IMG/VR virus record: IMGVR_UViG_3300002220_003351
Span: 1-64,000 of that record
Direction: 5' to 3' (one strand)
DNA from: a virus
Taxonomy: Duplodnaviria; Caudoviricetes
DNA length: 64,000 nt
Below the pieces are notes generated by a model. It saw only the letters and a program-made list of their open reading frames with translations. It had not been told where the DNA came from and did not search any database. Positions 63,326-64,000 of this stretch are shown here, one piece after another (position 1 is the first letter of the stretch; each line of letters begins with the position of its first letter). The translations under genes were made by a program, and so were the position numbers.

Positions 63326-64000
63326 ATGGCGAAATCAAGGAAAGTTTCTCTGGGGTGCATGGAGTGTGGGAAAGAGTTTAGGGTTCCCCCGACACGAGCA
63401 AAGACAGCAAGGTATTGTTCTGCGAGATGTGCAGATGGACACAGGAATGATAAGAGAAGGGTCAACAAGGAGGAGTTTCGGTGTGGCCGTTGCGGGAAGG
63501 TATTTTACGACTTTCCGTCACATAGGCTCCGACGAAAGTATTGCTCCTACCGATGTGCCGCTCTTGCGAACAGCAAAAGGCGTAACCGCCTTTGTGCTTA
63601 TTGCGGGAAAGTCTTTTCTGTCGTCCCGTCGCAGACCGATCTTTGTTGCTCGTGGGAATGTCGGGTTGCTCGATCAAGATCGGAAGATTGGCCTTTACGG
63701 AAGAAAGTTCTTGTGCAATGCCATGAGTGTGGGAAAGAAATATGGAGGACTCCTTCCGGTGTCGTCAAGGTTAAACACTCTTACTGCTCAAGGGCCTGTA
63801 AGGTTGCTTCTCAAAAAATCACCAATAAAATTGGATCGAGTTTTTATGGAAGCTGGACGTGGTACAGAGCCAGAAAGAGCATCCTTGAAAGAGATGGCCA
63901 CACTTGCCAGAAATGCGGATTTTCTGGACCATATCTCCATGTGCATCACAAGGAATATAAACGAAACGGAGGGGAGGAGGCTGACGGGAACCTCGTTACG
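63326..64000 (+). CDS. HNH endonuclease with four zinc-ribbon repeats, truncated by the window edge
   Basis: Not in ORF track; GGAGG RBS; CMECGKEF..YCSARC, CGRCGKVF..YCSYRC, CAYCGK, CHECGKE..YCSRAC, ILERDGHTCQKCG..HVHH..NLVT. Confidence 0.85.
   Translation, partial: MAKSRKVSLGCMECGKEFRVPPTRAKTARYCSARCADGHRNDKRRVNKEEFRCGRCGKVFYDFPSHRLRRKYCSYRCAALANSKRRNRLCAYCGKVFSVVPSQTDLCCSWECRVARSRSEDWPLRKKVLVQCHECGKEIWRTPSGVVKVKHSYCSRACKVASQKITNKIGSSFYGSWTWYRARKSILERDGHTCQKCGFSGPYLHVHHKEYKRNGGEEADGNLVT

Noticed and set aside
1-64000. tRNA genes, integrase/att sites, N4-type virion RNA polymerase, stop-codon recoding
   Set aside because: No cloverleaf or T-loop signature or recombinase motif was seen. The giant ORF has LPD38/ART motifs rather than RNAP motifs. 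Genes are contiguous in the standard code.

Overview
The window holds most of the genome of a tailed dsDNA phage with podovirus-like morphogenesis genes: an N4-gp56-type capsid, a large portal and an LPD38-type ejection protein. No integrase, RNA polymerase, DNA polymerase, tRNA or CRISPR array is visible. Layout: lysis, glycosyltransferase, tail and ejection genes (+, 1-22.2 kb); a 15-kb sugar-nucleotide, methyltransferase and radical-SAM operon (-, 22.2-37.1 kb); small early and recombination genes (-, 37-41.9 kb); HTH plus primase-helicase with an embedded iteron origin (+, 42-45.4 kb); an early AAA/DUF3150-like/VWA operon (-, 45.4-50.9 kb); a repeat-rich divergent intergenic region; then terminase, portal, scaffold and capsid (+, 51.8-63.3 kb). 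Four things stand out. (1) A nearly complete pathway for a methyl-branched CDP-deoxysugar, with five radical SAM enzymes, several methyltransferases and glycosyltransferases. One glycosyltransferase is an Aah/TibC-like protein-heptosyltransferase fusion, which suggests virion glycosylation. (2) A DNA methyltransferase carries a 597-nt stop-free in-frame insertion that encodes a complete HNH endonuclease on the opposite strand. It looks like neither an intein nor an intron. (3) The capsid gene is split after codon 7 by a group I intron, and there are two inteins, for eight homing-type endonucleases in total. (4) The ejection protein carries three tandem ADP-ribosyltransferase-like modules, one flanked by exact 20-bp direct repeats. 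All family assignments come from motif recognition by eye, not from database searches.
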